From an uncultured Chloroflexia bacterium (GTDB taxonomy: Bacteria; Chloroflexota; UBA6077; JACCZL01), in contig CAVXYC010000018.1 in the NCBI GenBank assembly GCA_963765765.1, positions 64,001 through 128,000 of the forward strand: DNA of 64,000 nt, in the 5' to 3' direction. Both the position numbers and the translations under genes were made by a program. Each line of letters begins with the position of its first letter. Position 1 is the stretch's first letter. Below, piece by piece: positions 8,356 through 17,891 of this stretch. The notes beneath the pieces were generated by a model, which searched no databases, had not been told where the DNA came from, and saw nothing but the letters and a program-made list of their open reading frames with translations.

Positions 8356-9048
8356 TTAGTCGTCGTCGTCATCGTCGTCATCGTCGTCATCATCGTCATC
8401 GTCGTCATCATCGTCATCATCGTCATCATCGTCATCATCGTCATCGTCATCGTCGTCATCGTCGTCATCATCGTCGTCATCATCGTCATCATCGTCATCG
8501 TCGTCATCATCGTCATCATCGTCATCATCATCGTCGTCATCATCGTCATCGTCATCATCGTCATCATCGTCATCATCGTCATCATCGTCGTCATCATCGT
8601 CATCGTCATCGTCGTCATCATCGTCGTCATCATCGTCGTCATCATCGTCGTCATCATCACCCGCAGGAGCCGGGACGACGCTGCCGGTCTTGCTCACCAG
8701 GCTCGCTATGAACACTTTCCTGCCTACGTCGTATTGGCCCGTGACTGTGACGACATCGTATAGCGCGGGAGCGAACGGGGGCGCGTTCTGGATAGTGACC
8801 TGCTCAAGCTCGGCCGGATTGGTCAGCGCCGGACGTTCAAGGTTGAAGGTACCCGGCCCCCCTAGACCCAGTGAGACGATTGTCCCCCCGGTGGTCTCCA
8901 CCGGGCCCAGCTGCGCCGCCGGTGCGGCATGGACGTGCTTGATTGCCGGCGCCATGCCAAACGACACGGCGAGAACAACACCAAATATTGCCAGCGCGCG
9001 GCTTCCCGCGAGGGGCAACAGACGGAAAGCGGGGATGAACTTCCGCAT
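8356..9048 (-). CDS. Secreted protein with small beta-rich (OB-fold/DUF5666-like) domain and C-terminal poly-Asp(100) tail
   Basis: GGAGGT RBS before ATG 9048. Signal-peptide-like N-terminus ending VHA-A. Clear paralogue at 10185..10697. 100 Asp codons then TAA. Confidence 0.85.
   Translation of the reverse strand: MRKFIPAFRLLPLAGSRALAIFGVVLAVSFGMAPAIKHVHAAPAAQLGPVETTGGTIVSLGLGGPGTFNLERPALTNPAELEQVTIQNAPPFAPALYDVVTVTGQYDVGRKVFIASLVSKTGSVVPAPAGDDDDDDDDDDDDDDDDDDDDDDDDDDDDDDDDDDDDDDDDDDDDDDDDDDDDDDDDDDDDDDDDDDDDDDDDDDDDDDDDDDDDDDDDDDDDDDDDDDDD
8359..8658 (-). repeat. (GAY)100 trinucleotide tract encoding poly-aspartate
   Basis: 300 nt. Manual count gives 53 GAT and 47 GAC, interleaved, longest single-codon run 4, no non-Asp codon. 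Confidence 0.95.
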
Positions 9049-9378
9049 GCGATAAACCTCCACGTCCCAAAAGCTTGGGCGTACATAATGTGCTGGGGAC
9101 GGGACAGCTAGGTCGTCCGACTTCCCCGCTTCTACCATATTAGCTGAACGTCCATGGCTTTACTGCATCCGCTAGTATCAATTTCGTTGCTAAAGGAGCC
9201 ATTTCACCTCGAGCTCGGTATCAACATCATGGGTGAATTCCACCGCTCTCATCGTCATGCGAGAAGACTCCGACCCGCGCACATAGCCCCTTCCAGTCGC
9301 TTCGGTGGCGGTAGCCAGAGAGCCCTTCTGCTTCGATTACGCAGGGATCGCTTACGCGTTCTGGTACCATCGGCGCGT

Positions 9379-9778
9379 ATGAGTCCGCCTAGCCTGATCC
9401 TGCTCTTCGACGGCACCTGAGGGTTCTGCACTCGCACCGTGCGCTGGGTTCGGGCGCACGATGCCGCCGGCCGTGTGCTGGCCCTCCCGAATCAGACCCC
9501 CGGTATCCTCGAGCGCTACAGGATCACCCGCGAGGATGCAGACCGTGAGGTTTGGGCCGTGGACATCACCGGCCGGCACGTTCGGCGGCGCCGCGGCAAT
9601 CAACAGGGTGCTCGTGGATCTCGCCGGCCCATGGGCAATGCTCGGCGCCGCGTATCGGCTGCCGCCCGTCCGCTGGGCCGAGAACCTCGGGTATGCGTGG
9701 GTTGCCCGGAATCGGCACCGGTTTAGCCGCTGGGGCGTGACGCCGGAGTGCCAGGAGCCTGGCGTCTCCTGCGGTTGA
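9379..9778 (+). CDS. DCC-family (DUF393) thiol-disulfide oxidoreductase, probable selenoprotein (UxxC); one frameshift near 9575
   Basis: MSPPSLILLFDGT-TGA-GFCTRTVRWV matches the DCC DGxCxxC motif. After the frameshift: GAAAINRVL...GYAWVARNRHRF, the typical DCC C-terminal Y..VA.NR motif. Confidence 0.82.
9434..9464 (+). promoter_or_regulatory. Candidate bacterial SECIS element
   Basis: GCAC-CGTGCGC-TGGGTTCGG-GCGCACG-ATGC hairpin immediately 3' of the TGA at 9418-9420. The GGTT-containing loop is about 26 nt after the TGA. Confidence 0.65.
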
Positions 9779-10118
9779 ATCTCCCGGGCGTTGGCTCTCG
9801 GCTCGTGCCGCATCCCCATCCTTCTGTGCATGCGCTTGCTTGTGTCCGCCAGCACCCATGCGATGAGCGCCGCGCCTATAGCCCGCTAGCCGACCTGGAG
9901 ATGATCCACGCCCCGGCCAGCACCCACATTTGCCCGGGACATGCTCACCGGTACCCCGCTCGTTGTCTTGATGTTATTTACAGTCGGCTCGCGGGCTAGC
10001 TCCCTGGCTGACTCAAGAGTCGCTCGTGCCAACGCATGGGATCCCACTTCCTGGCTAGTGGACGAGTGCCGGTGAAAGCACCGGATCCGCAAACAACGAG
10101 GATAGGGCTGGGTCTCTC

Positions 10119-10158
10119 AAACAACAACAGGGGTCGGCGTGTGCACACGCCGACCCCT
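10119..10158 (-). terminator. Intrinsic terminator of 10185..10697
   Basis: AGGGGTCGGCGTG-TGCA-CACGCCGACCCCT hairpin followed by GTTGTTGTTT on the minus strand. Confidence 0.75.
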
Positions 10159-10184
10159 TGAAGTATCCCGCGAACGTTTGCTCG

Positions 10185-10697
10185 TTAGTCGTTATCGTTG
10201 CCGTCGTCGTTATCGTTTCCGCCATCGTCGTTGTCATCGCCGCCGTCGTTGTCGTTGTTGTCCCCGCCTCCGCTACTCCGTACCGGGGCGGGGGCGGCGT
10301 TGCCCGACGAGGTCATGGACGTCGCCCGGAAGATCTTGGTGTCCGTATCATAATTGCCCGTGATGGAGAGAATTTCTGAGGGAATAACCAACGACGCCTG
10401 CGCCGTCTCGACGACCAGCTCCTCGAGCTGCGCCGGGTTGGTGATCGCCGGCCGCTCGGCATTGAAGCGAACCACACCTCCCGCCGCAATGATTGTCCCA
10501 GGAACCACCGTTGCGGTGAACGTCTCCACCGGGCCGATAATGGCTGACGGGGCCGCGTCGGCGCGCGTAGCCACCGATGCGGCTACGCCACCAATTGCCA
10601 TGGCAAAAATGCCTGCCACGGCGATTGCGGCACGCAATCCACTCATCATCTTATCCACTCCAGCGATACGCATCACTACCTCATAAGCTCCGCGCAT
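10185..10697 (-). CDS. Secreted paralogue of the poly-Asp protein with Asp/Asn/Gly-rich tail (true start may be 10673 or 10649)
   Basis: Shares AAP.A..GPVET, FN.ERPA.TNPA.LE, TG.YD...K.F.A and PAP with 8356..9048. Tail GGGDNNDNDGGDDNDDGGNDNDDGNDND. Confidence 0.85.
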   Translation of the reverse strand: MRGAYEVVMRIAGVDKMMSGLRAAIAVAGIFAMAIGGVAASVATRADAAPSAIIGPVETFTATVVPGTIIAAGGVVRFNAERPAITNPAQLEELVVETAQASLVIPSEILSITGNYDTDTKIFRATSMTSSGNAAPAPVRSSGGGDNNDNDGGDDNDDGGNDNDDGNDND

Positions 10698-10832
10698 GTG
10701 GACCCTCTCGGTCCAGACATATACACCCTTGAGCCATCTTACCGGGATGACGGTGCCCGGCCAGACTAACTCGAGCTGGGATTGACTCTCCTGCAGGAAA
10801 CGCTCAGGATCCGGGCGCCACGGCAGTGGAGC

Positions 10833-12278
10833 CTAGCGGGCGCCGCCTGCGGCCATGGCAACGCCTGACGTTCGGCGAGAGGGGGCGCTTACGCCCAGCA
10901 GCCCCAGCCCTAGGAGTATGCCCATCGCGGTGGCCGCCTGGGAGAAGCCCATGAGATACCCCGGCACCCCTGGCATCGCGGCGATGGCGGCACCGAGGAA
11001 CGCACTGGATAAGGAGACGCCTATCGCGTGTCCGAACTGGCGCGTGAGCTCCGTGAGTCCGCCAACGAACCCGCGCTGATCAACCGTGCGCAAGGCCGAT
11101 CACGTAGGTGTTGTTGATCGACGTAAATGCGCCCAGCCCGGCGCCCAGCATGGCGCTAATCGGGAACAGCATTGGATAGGGCAGCCACGCGCCGAGCTGT
11201 CCCAGGAGAATCAGGCCAGTCGCCATCATTCCCATTGTGATGAGCGCCAGGACGAAGGTTGGTCTGCGGGAGTAGATCCAACCACCGAGCACTGCCGAAA
11301 CGAGCATGAACATCTGCTGTACCAGCACGAGATGCCCCGTATCAGTGGGCGTCATGCCTCGTCCCCGCTCGAGAAGAAATGGCAGTAGAACGCCAGTAGC
11401 CAACATGCTCATGTGAGCAAGACCGTTGGCGATAACTCCACCCGTCAGTTTCCAATCACCGAGCAATGAGAAGCGCACTAGCGGAACTTTCATGTGGAGC
11501 TGGCGATACACAAACGCGGTGAACAACGCCAGACTCGCGAGGTGCATAGAGATGTGGTAGGGAGCGCCAGCTTCGAACGTCTCCGGACCGTCATGCAAAT
11601 GATTCATGCCCGTAAGAAGCAATCCGACCGCGCCAAAAAGCGTAAGAGCACTCAACCAGTCCACTCGCACCTTGTCAGCGCGACGCGGCACCAGATCGTA
11701 GCGAGAGCAAATGTACGCGGCGGCGATACCAACGGGGACTGGAATGAGAAAGGAGAGGCGCCAGCCAGCGCCCTCTGCGAGCAGCGTGCTCAACCACACG
11801 CCCGTCAGAGACGCAAGCCCGGAAGTCATGGTCAGTAGGCCCACCGCCGTGGCTCGGCTACTCCCCGGGAACGTCTGCGCAATAATGGCCAGCGTACTGC
11901 CCAGAATCATTGCCGAGCCCACGCCCTGAATAGCGCGGGCCGTGAGAAGCATGACGAAATCCGGCAACAATGCCGCGATGACACTCCCTACCGCGAAGAC
12001 GAGTGCGCCACTTCCGAAAACACGACCGTGCCCCACGCCATCGCCCAGCCGGCCGGTCAGCACCGAACCCACGAGAAACAGGAAATAGGCGTTCATTACC
12101 CATGCGCCGCCCTCAACGGGCACGTTCAGATCATGTGTGATGGTGGGCAAAATGGCAGAAACCGGTGCCATGGCCCAACCGGCAATGAAGTAGCCGGCGC
12201 ATACAGTGGCCAGGACGGCTCTGGGAGAGGAGGGAGGGAGACGGATCTGGGAGCGAGAGAGAGGTTCACAAAAGTCAT
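10833..12278 (-). CDS. MFS transporter (DHA2-like), two frameshifts
   Basis: GRLGDGVG motif A, ARAIQGVGSA and many TM helices. Pieces 11080..12171 and 10833..11093 plus an N-terminal piece from ATG 12278. Confidence 0.8.
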
Positions 12279-12391
12279 TGTGGCACAGGTATGGGCGACC
12301 GGTCTATGACCAGATCCCAGCGATCAGTGCCGAGTCATGAGCGATGAGCACTCCGAGTGCTACCATCGGCAGCGCGAGGAGAGCAGCTCTG

Positions 12392-13463
12392 ATGACACGT
12401 TCGCATCGTATTGTGGTGATTCCGGGCGACAGCATTGGCCCGGAAATCGTCGAGTCCGGATTACGCATTGTGGAAGCCGCCCGCGAGCACGTGGGCGGTT
12501 TCGACCTGCAGATCGATCAGCACTCCGCTGGCGCGGGCCACTATCGCCAGTACGGTCGGAATATCGATCCGGAGACGCTCGAGGCCTGCCGAACCGCGGA
12601 TGCGGTGATCAAGGGCCCGGTAGGGCATCCTGACGTTCGCAACCCGGACGGCACCGAGGCAGGTCTGTTGGGCGGCGTACTACGACTGGGCCTGGATCTC
12701 TTTGCCAACATCCGCCGGTTAAGCTCTGGCCGGGCGTGAAGGCGCCGGTCACCTGGCAGCCGGGCGAGATCGACTACGTAATTGTCCGTGAGAACACCGA
12801 GGGTCTGTACGCCTCACGAGGCCTGGGCGTCTCCAATAACTGGGCCGCATCAGACATTCTGTTCATGACTCGGCCTGGCGTGGAGCGCGTCTCCCGAGCG
12901 GCGTTCGAGCTGGCGCGCAAGCGCCAGGGGGCACCCTCGGACGGTGCGCATCGCGTCACATGTGTGGAGAAGAGTAACGTGCTCAAGAGCATGGCGTTCT
13001 TCAAGGCCATATTTCTCGAGATCGCTGAGGAGTATCCGGATATCGAGCATGAGACCCTCTACTCCGACGCGGCTGCGCAAGCACTGGTACTCAACCCCAG
13101 CCACTTTGACGTGCTGGTGATGGAGAACTTTCTCGGCGATTTACTGAGCGACCTGGGCGGCGGCACCGTTGGGCGGGATCGGCATGTGCCCGTCCGGTAA
13201 TATCGGCGCCGACGCCGCGGTATTCGAGCCAATCCACGGGAGCGCGCCCTCGCTGGGCGGCGTTAAACCGAGCGAACCCTGTGGCTCAGGTACTGTCGTT
13301 TTCGATGCTGCTCACGCATATCGGAGAGGGCGATGCCGCAGCTGCGGTTGAACACGGCGTGGGAGCCGCGCTGGCTGACGGCTCACTCACCATCGCGCCC
13401 GACGGCTGTCCCGTGGGCGGAACGCGCGCGGCCGCAGACGCCATCATCGAGCGCATCGCCTGA
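12392..13463 (+). CDS. Isocitrate/isopropylmalate/tartrate dehydrogenase family protein, about 3 frameshifts
   Basis: [57 protein letters not shown] and ANP motifs spread over consecutive ORFs. Confidence 0.85.
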
Positions 13464-13476
13464 CAGAGGCGCATCC

Positions 13477-13509
13477 CGTAGGGTGCGGTGCCTCCGCGAA
13501 CGCCCTACG
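13477..13509. repeat. GTAG-type REP-like palindrome between convergent genes
   Basis: CGTAGGGTG...CGCCCTACG. Confidence 0.5.
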
Positions 13510-13568
13510 AGAGTGCCATCATCAACCACGGGATCTAGTGCGGTCGCGAACGAAGAGGCGTTGGGGAC

Positions 13569-13903
13569 CTAGAACACCCGCCCGCCCAGCGGCGCATCGC
13601 GCTCAGGCTCCAGCAAGATGACGTTGCCTTCGGCATCTGAACGCCCAGCACGAGCACCTCTGACTTGAATCCAGCGATGCGTCGCGGGGGCAGACTCACG
13701 ACCGCTATGACGAGGCGACCAACCAGCTCGTCCTTGGCGTAGTAGACAGTGATCTGCGCACTGGATCGGCGTATCCCCAGTTCGCCAAAGTCGATTGTCA
13801 GCTTGAACGCTGGCTTCCGAGCTTCGGGAAAGTCATCGACCGCCACAATGCGTCCCAGCCGCATGTCGACTTGCTGGAAATGCTGGAGTCCGTCTTCACT
13901 CAT
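13569..13903 (-). CDS. csaA: CsaA / tRNA-binding (Trbp111-like) protein, frameshift near 3' end
   Basis: DMRLGRIVAVDDFPEARKPAFKLTIDFG..G.RRSSAQIT, IAGFKSEVLVLG. The alternative frame ends ILLEPERDAPLGGRVF-TAG at 13569. Confidence 0.85.
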
Positions 13904-13987
13904 TCATTTGCCGCATCAGTCCTGCGATCCCCGAATCTCCAGTGCGCACTTGATACACTCAAACTACGGGATGAACAGGATACTGCC

Positions 13988-14425
13988 ATGATGCTGCACA
14001 ACAATGAGAGCCACCAGCTCGCTGTCCAGTCTGGAGAGATCCAGGGCGACGCGCTCTACGAGGGAGAGGGGTTCGACATCGATCTGCTCCATCTGCCGGA
14101 CGGTGCACATTATTTCGCCTTGCGGTCGCACGATCGTCTTGTCAGCATCTGGCTGGAACCGGGCCTACTGCGGGAGCTCGATTACAGCATCGAGATGGCA
14201 TTGGGCGGGTCGGCGGAGGCTGGCGACGAGCGCGTTGGCGTGCAATTCGTCCCCGGTGATCCGCCGTTCTGGGACATCGAGATCAACCTGGGCGATGGCG
14301 CGGTGCCCTTCATTACCATGGCTCTGGATGCGGATGAGATGGAGGAGCTCCACGGGGCGTGCAAGGCATCGCGCCCGGTCATGATCGATCTTCCCGTGGA
14401 GCTAGACGAAGAGGAAAGCAAATAG
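13988..14425 (+). CDS. Hypothetical acidic protein
   Basis: Protein-like ORF divergent from csaA. No recognised motif. Confidence 0.65.
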   Translation: MMLHNNESHQLAVQSGEIQGDALYEGEGFDIDLLHLPDGAHYFALRSHDRLVSIWLEPGLLRELDYSIEMALGGSAEAGDERVGVQFVPGDPPFWDIEINLGDGAVPFITMALDADEMEELHGACKASRPVMIDLPVELDEEESK

Positions 14426-14428
14426 CGG

Positions 14429-15280
14429 CTAACGGGCTCGACGTAGGTCAGGAAGCGCCTGCTGAGCGATCTTCGTAAGCGCGTCCCAGTGTCCGCCTTC
14501 GATAAGGAATTCACTGGCACCGACTCGCGCGTAGCTGTCAACAGCTCGCTTGAACTGATCCGATGACTCCACGGCATCACCACTGAGGGTCACCGACCAG
14601 CGAATCTCCGTCGGGTCGCGACCGATCTCATCGCAATATCTACGCAACAGTGCGCCCCGATCAGCAATGCGCTGCGGCGTCCCGAACGTGTGCCATGCGT
14701 CCGCCCACTTCGCCACTAATCGCAGCATCCGCGTGCCCGAGCTACCTACGAGGATCGGAATCCGCGGCTTCTGAACAGGTTTTGGAGAGAATGGCGCTTT
14801 GCTTACGGTGTAGTACGCGCCCATGACGGTCGGATGATCCTCTCGCATGAGTGCATCCAGGATCGATATCGCGTCCTGAAAACGATCGACACGCTCCCTG
14901 GCCGAGGGGAAAGGGATTCCGAAGTAACGGTGCTCCTGCTGATGCCAACCAGCACCCAGACCAAGCTCCAGACGGCCGTCGCTGATGTGGTCAACTGTGA
15001 CAGCCTGCTTGGCCAGTACCCCGGGGTTGCGATAGGTAGTACTGGTTACCAGGGATCCGATTCGGATGCGACTGGTGTGCGCGGCGAGACCGGCCAGGAG
15101 TGTCCAGGCCTCAAGTGAATCGCCATCCGTGTCGCCCGAGAGCGGAACGAAATGATCCCAATTCCAGGCGCTGTCAAACCCGAGGTCCTCGGCGCGCCTC
15201 CACTCATCAAGAATGATCTGCCACGTACGGTGGTGCTGCGGAAGCTGCACTCCAAATCGAAACGGCTGTGAGTCGGTCAT
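14429..15280 (-). CDS. LLM class (probably F420-dependent) oxidoreductase
   Basis: AEDLGFDSAWNWDHF, EAWTLLAGLAAHT, YRNPGVLAKQAVTVDHISDGRLELGLGAGW, PKPVQ. Confidence 0.92.
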   Translation of the reverse strand: MTDSQPFRFGVQLPQHHRTWQIILDEWRRAEDLGFDSAWNWDHFVPLSGDTDGDSLEAWTLLAGLAAHTSRIRIGSLVTSTTYRNPGVLAKQAVTVDHISDGRLELGLGAGWHQQEHRYFGIPFPSARERVDRFQDAISILDALMREDHPTVMGAYYTVSKAPFSPKPVQKPRIPILVGSSGTRMLRLVAKWADAWHTFGTPQRIADRGALLRRYCDEIGRDPTEIRWSVTLSGDAVESSDQFKRAVDSYARVGASEFLIEGGHWDALTKIAQQALPDLRRAR

Positions 15281-15314
15281 TCGGCCTCCCTACCATCATT
15301 CTAGACAGGCCCAA

Positions 15315-15436
15315 CCTGGGAGCGCGGGCGGGACGCCCTACCCCTCGGCCGTAGAGGCCGCATTTCAGCCGCGCGAATGGCTGGATGGGGAACTGGGCGC
15401 GGCCTCGACGGCCGACAGGACGCCCGCGCTCCCGGG
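15315..15436. repeat. REP/BIME-like long inverted repeat related to the RAYT-flanking REPs
   Basis: CCTGGGAGCGCGGGCG...CGCCCGCGCTCCCGGG with inner CGGCCGTAGAGGCCGC / GCGGCCTCGACGGCCG. Contains GGCCGACAGGA as at 50064. Confidence 0.6.
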
Positions 15437-15438
15437 CT

Positions 15439-17742
15439 CTACGCTCGCTGGAGCGGAGCAAAGGCCATGGAGAGCTTCTTGGAGATATTGCCCTTGAAGA
15501 GCACCTCCACCTGCTCGTCATCGCCGGTCATGCGACTGGCAACGACGACGCCCTCGCCGAACGAAGGATGGGTGACGCGGTCACCCGCCTTGAACTGCTG
15601 TTCAGAGACAACTTTTCGGACTGGAGTCGGCTCAACGTCGTCTATCTCGTCCATCTCATCCAGCTCGCGATGGCGCGCGGCAGGGCGAGCCGCCACCCTG
15701 GTCTGCGACCAACCTTCGTCGGCTCGCCGCGTCACGACCGGGCCGGGTCGCTGCGACGATGGGATGAATGAGCCCATGGAGGATGATCCACCGGAAGTGA
15801 TCTTGAGCAGGTTGGGGGGGATGTCTGCCAGGAACCGCGATGGGTCACTTGGACGGCTGGCGCCCCAGAATCCGCGACGGAATGCGTGAACCAGATACAA
15901 CCGCTCCATGGCCCGCGTGATCCCGACGTAGAAGAGCCGCCGCTCCTCTTCCATCTGATTGAAGTCTTCCAGGGAGCGCGAGTGAGGGAAGACTCCGTCT
16001 TCCAATCCCGTTATGAACACGATCGGATACTCGAGTCCCTTTGCCTGGTGCAGCGTGATCAGCGTGACAACACTGGCGCCTGACTCCATCGTGTCAACGT
16101 CCTGGACCAGCGAGACTTCCTCCAGCAAAATCGGAAGTGACTCTTCGGCTAGCATGCCTTCATAGTCCTCGGCCTTTGTCCGCAGCTCGCCGACGTTGCT
16201 CCAGCGATCCTCACCTTCGTCCGATCCGTCACGCAAAAACCGCTCGTATCCGGTGCGATCGAGGATCTGATCCAGCAAGTCGACCAGCGTCATCTTTCCG
16301 AGCTCAGCGCGCAAACCCGCGATGAGGTCATGAAAGGCGACCAGTCCCTTCTCGGCGCGTGCAGCAAACGGGGCGTTGCGCATCCGCTCATCCAGCGGAG
16401 CATCTGGACTGGCCATGATCTCCAGGGTTTGAAATGCTGGCATGCCCAGTTGTCGCGACCAGTTGGCCAGATCAGTGACGGTTTTCGCGCCGAGTCCTCG
16501 AGGCGGCACATTGATCATCCGCTCAAAGCTCACGATGTCATGTGGATTCTGAACGAGCCTCAAATAGGACAAGACATCTTTGATCTCTTTGCGCTCGTAG
16601 AACCGCGTGCCGCCAACCAATCGGTATGGCACTCCCGCCCGCACGAGGCCATCTTCCAGAGCTCTGGATTGAGCGTTCGTGCGATACATAATGGCGACAT
16701 CCGCCAACGACGCCTCACCCTGATGGATCAAGCGTGAGATCTCGCGAATCACGTACGCCGCCTCATCGCGCTCGTCAAAGGCATCGTGGAGAACGATGGG
16801 CGCACCGGACGGGTTCTCCGTCCAGAGATTCTTCGGCTTGCGTAGAGTGTTGGCCGAGATGATGGATTGAGCCGCGTCCAGAATCTTCTGCGTGGACCGG
16901 TAGTTCTGCTCCAGCGTGACCACGTTGAGGCCCGGGAAGTCGTCCTCGAAGTTGAGAATGTTGCGAATGTCGGCGCGGCGCCAGCCATAAATCGATTGGT
17001 CGGGATCGCCCACGACAGCGATGTTTTTATCCCGTGAGGCCAGAATCTTGACGAGCTGGTACTGGGCTACGTTGGTGTCCTGAAACTCGTCCACCATGAC
17101 GTATCGATAGCGATCCTGGTAGCGAGCGAGCGTCTCTGCTGACTCCCGGAAGAGGCGAACGGCCATTCCAATGAGATCGTCGAAGTCCAAGGCGACGCTC
17201 TCATGGAGGAGCTGCTGATAGCGCCGATAGATCGTGGCCGTCTGCTCTTCGAACGGACCCTTGGCATGCTCGGCATACGAGTGAACGCCCAGGAGCTCGC
17301 TCTTTGCCGATGAGATGCCGCTCAGAAACGCGCGTGGGTTAAACCGCTTCTCGTCAATGCTCAGCTCACGCATGATTCGCTTGACCAGATCCATCTGATC
17401 GTGATCGTCAAAGATAACGAAGTTACGATCGAGTCCTATCTCCTCGCCGTCCCGACGCAACCAGCGGGCGCACGTTGAGTGGAACGTGCCCATCGTCAAA
17501 TAGCGCGCTCGGGCCTCGCCGACCAAACTGTTGATGCGCTCGCGCATCTCACGCGCGGCCTTGTTCGTGAAGGTGACGGACAGAATGTTGGCGGGGTGAA
17601 TCTCCCCATCCATCATGTACGCGATGCGGTGAACGATGACCCGCGTCTTCCCCGATCCCGGCCCCGCCAGGATCAAGAGCGGCCCATCAATTGACCGCAC
17701 CGCCTCCTGCTGCGCCGGGTTCAAACCTTCAATTGAGAGCAC
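15439..17742 (-). CDS. pcrA: ATP-dependent DNA helicase PcrA/UvrD
   Basis: AGPGSGKT, TFTNKAA, VDEFQDTN, VGDPDQSIY, YRTNAQSR, TLHQAKGLE, EERRLFYVGITRA and C-terminal GDRVTHPSFGEG Tudor-like domain. Confidence 0.96.
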   Translation of the reverse strand: MLSIEGLNPAQQEAVRSIDGPLLILAGPGSGKTRVIVHRIAYMMDGEIHPANILSVTFTNKAAREMRERINSLVGEARARYLTMGTFHSTCARWLRRDGEEIGLDRNFVIFDDHDQMDLVKRIMRELSIDEKRFNPRAFLSGISSAKSELLGVHSYAEHAKGPFEEQTATIYRRYQQLLHESVALDFDDLIGMAVRLFRESAETLARYQDRYRYVMVDEFQDTNVAQYQLVKILASRDKNIAVVGDPDQSIYGWRRADIRNILNFEDDFPGLNVVTLEQNYRSTQKILDAAQSIISANTLRKPKNLWTENPSGAPIVLHDAFDERDEAAYVIREISRLIHQGEASLADVAIMYRTNAQSRALEDGLVRAGVPYRLVGGTRFYERKEIKDVLSYLRLVQNPHDIVSFERMINVPPRGLGAKTVTDLANWSRQLGMPAFQTLEIMASPDAPLDERMRNAPFAARAEKGLVAFHDLIAGLRAELGKMTLVDLLDQILDRTGYERFLRDGSDEGEDRWSNVGELRTKAEDYEGMLAEESLPILLEEVSLVQDVDTMESGASVVTLITLHQAKGLEYPIVFITGLEDGVFPHSRSLEDFNQMEEERRLFYVGITRAMERLYLVHAFRRGFWGASRPSDPSRFLADIPPNLLKITSGGSSSMGSFIPSSQRPGPVVTRRADEGWSQTRVAARPAARHRELDEMDEIDDVEPTPVRKVVSEQQFKAGDRVTHPSFGEGVVVASRMTGDDEQVEVLFKGNISKKLSMAFAPLQRA

Positions 17743-17891
17743 GCGGGGAGGAGCCTCCTGTTTGGGGTGGGACGAGAGAGTATAGCAACCAATCCGGCAG
17801 GGTCGTGCCTCATAGGATCAAGGACACAAGAGACGTCAGGGACCTAGAGCACCGTCCCTGTGTCGCTGTTGTCTCTTTGGCCCCTTCCGCG

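Noticed and set aside
8359-8658. Repeat tract as a CRISPR array or non-coding microsatellite
   Set aside because: There is no repeat-spacer structure and no cas gene. The tract lies in frame within a CDS and ends at its stop codon.
8346-8711. Poly-His/Arg ORF (8352..8711 +) and poly-Met/Thr ORF (8346..8660 -)
   Set aside because: These are alternative frames of the GAY tract. Only the Asp frame has an RBS, a signal peptide, a paralogue and purely synonymous variation.
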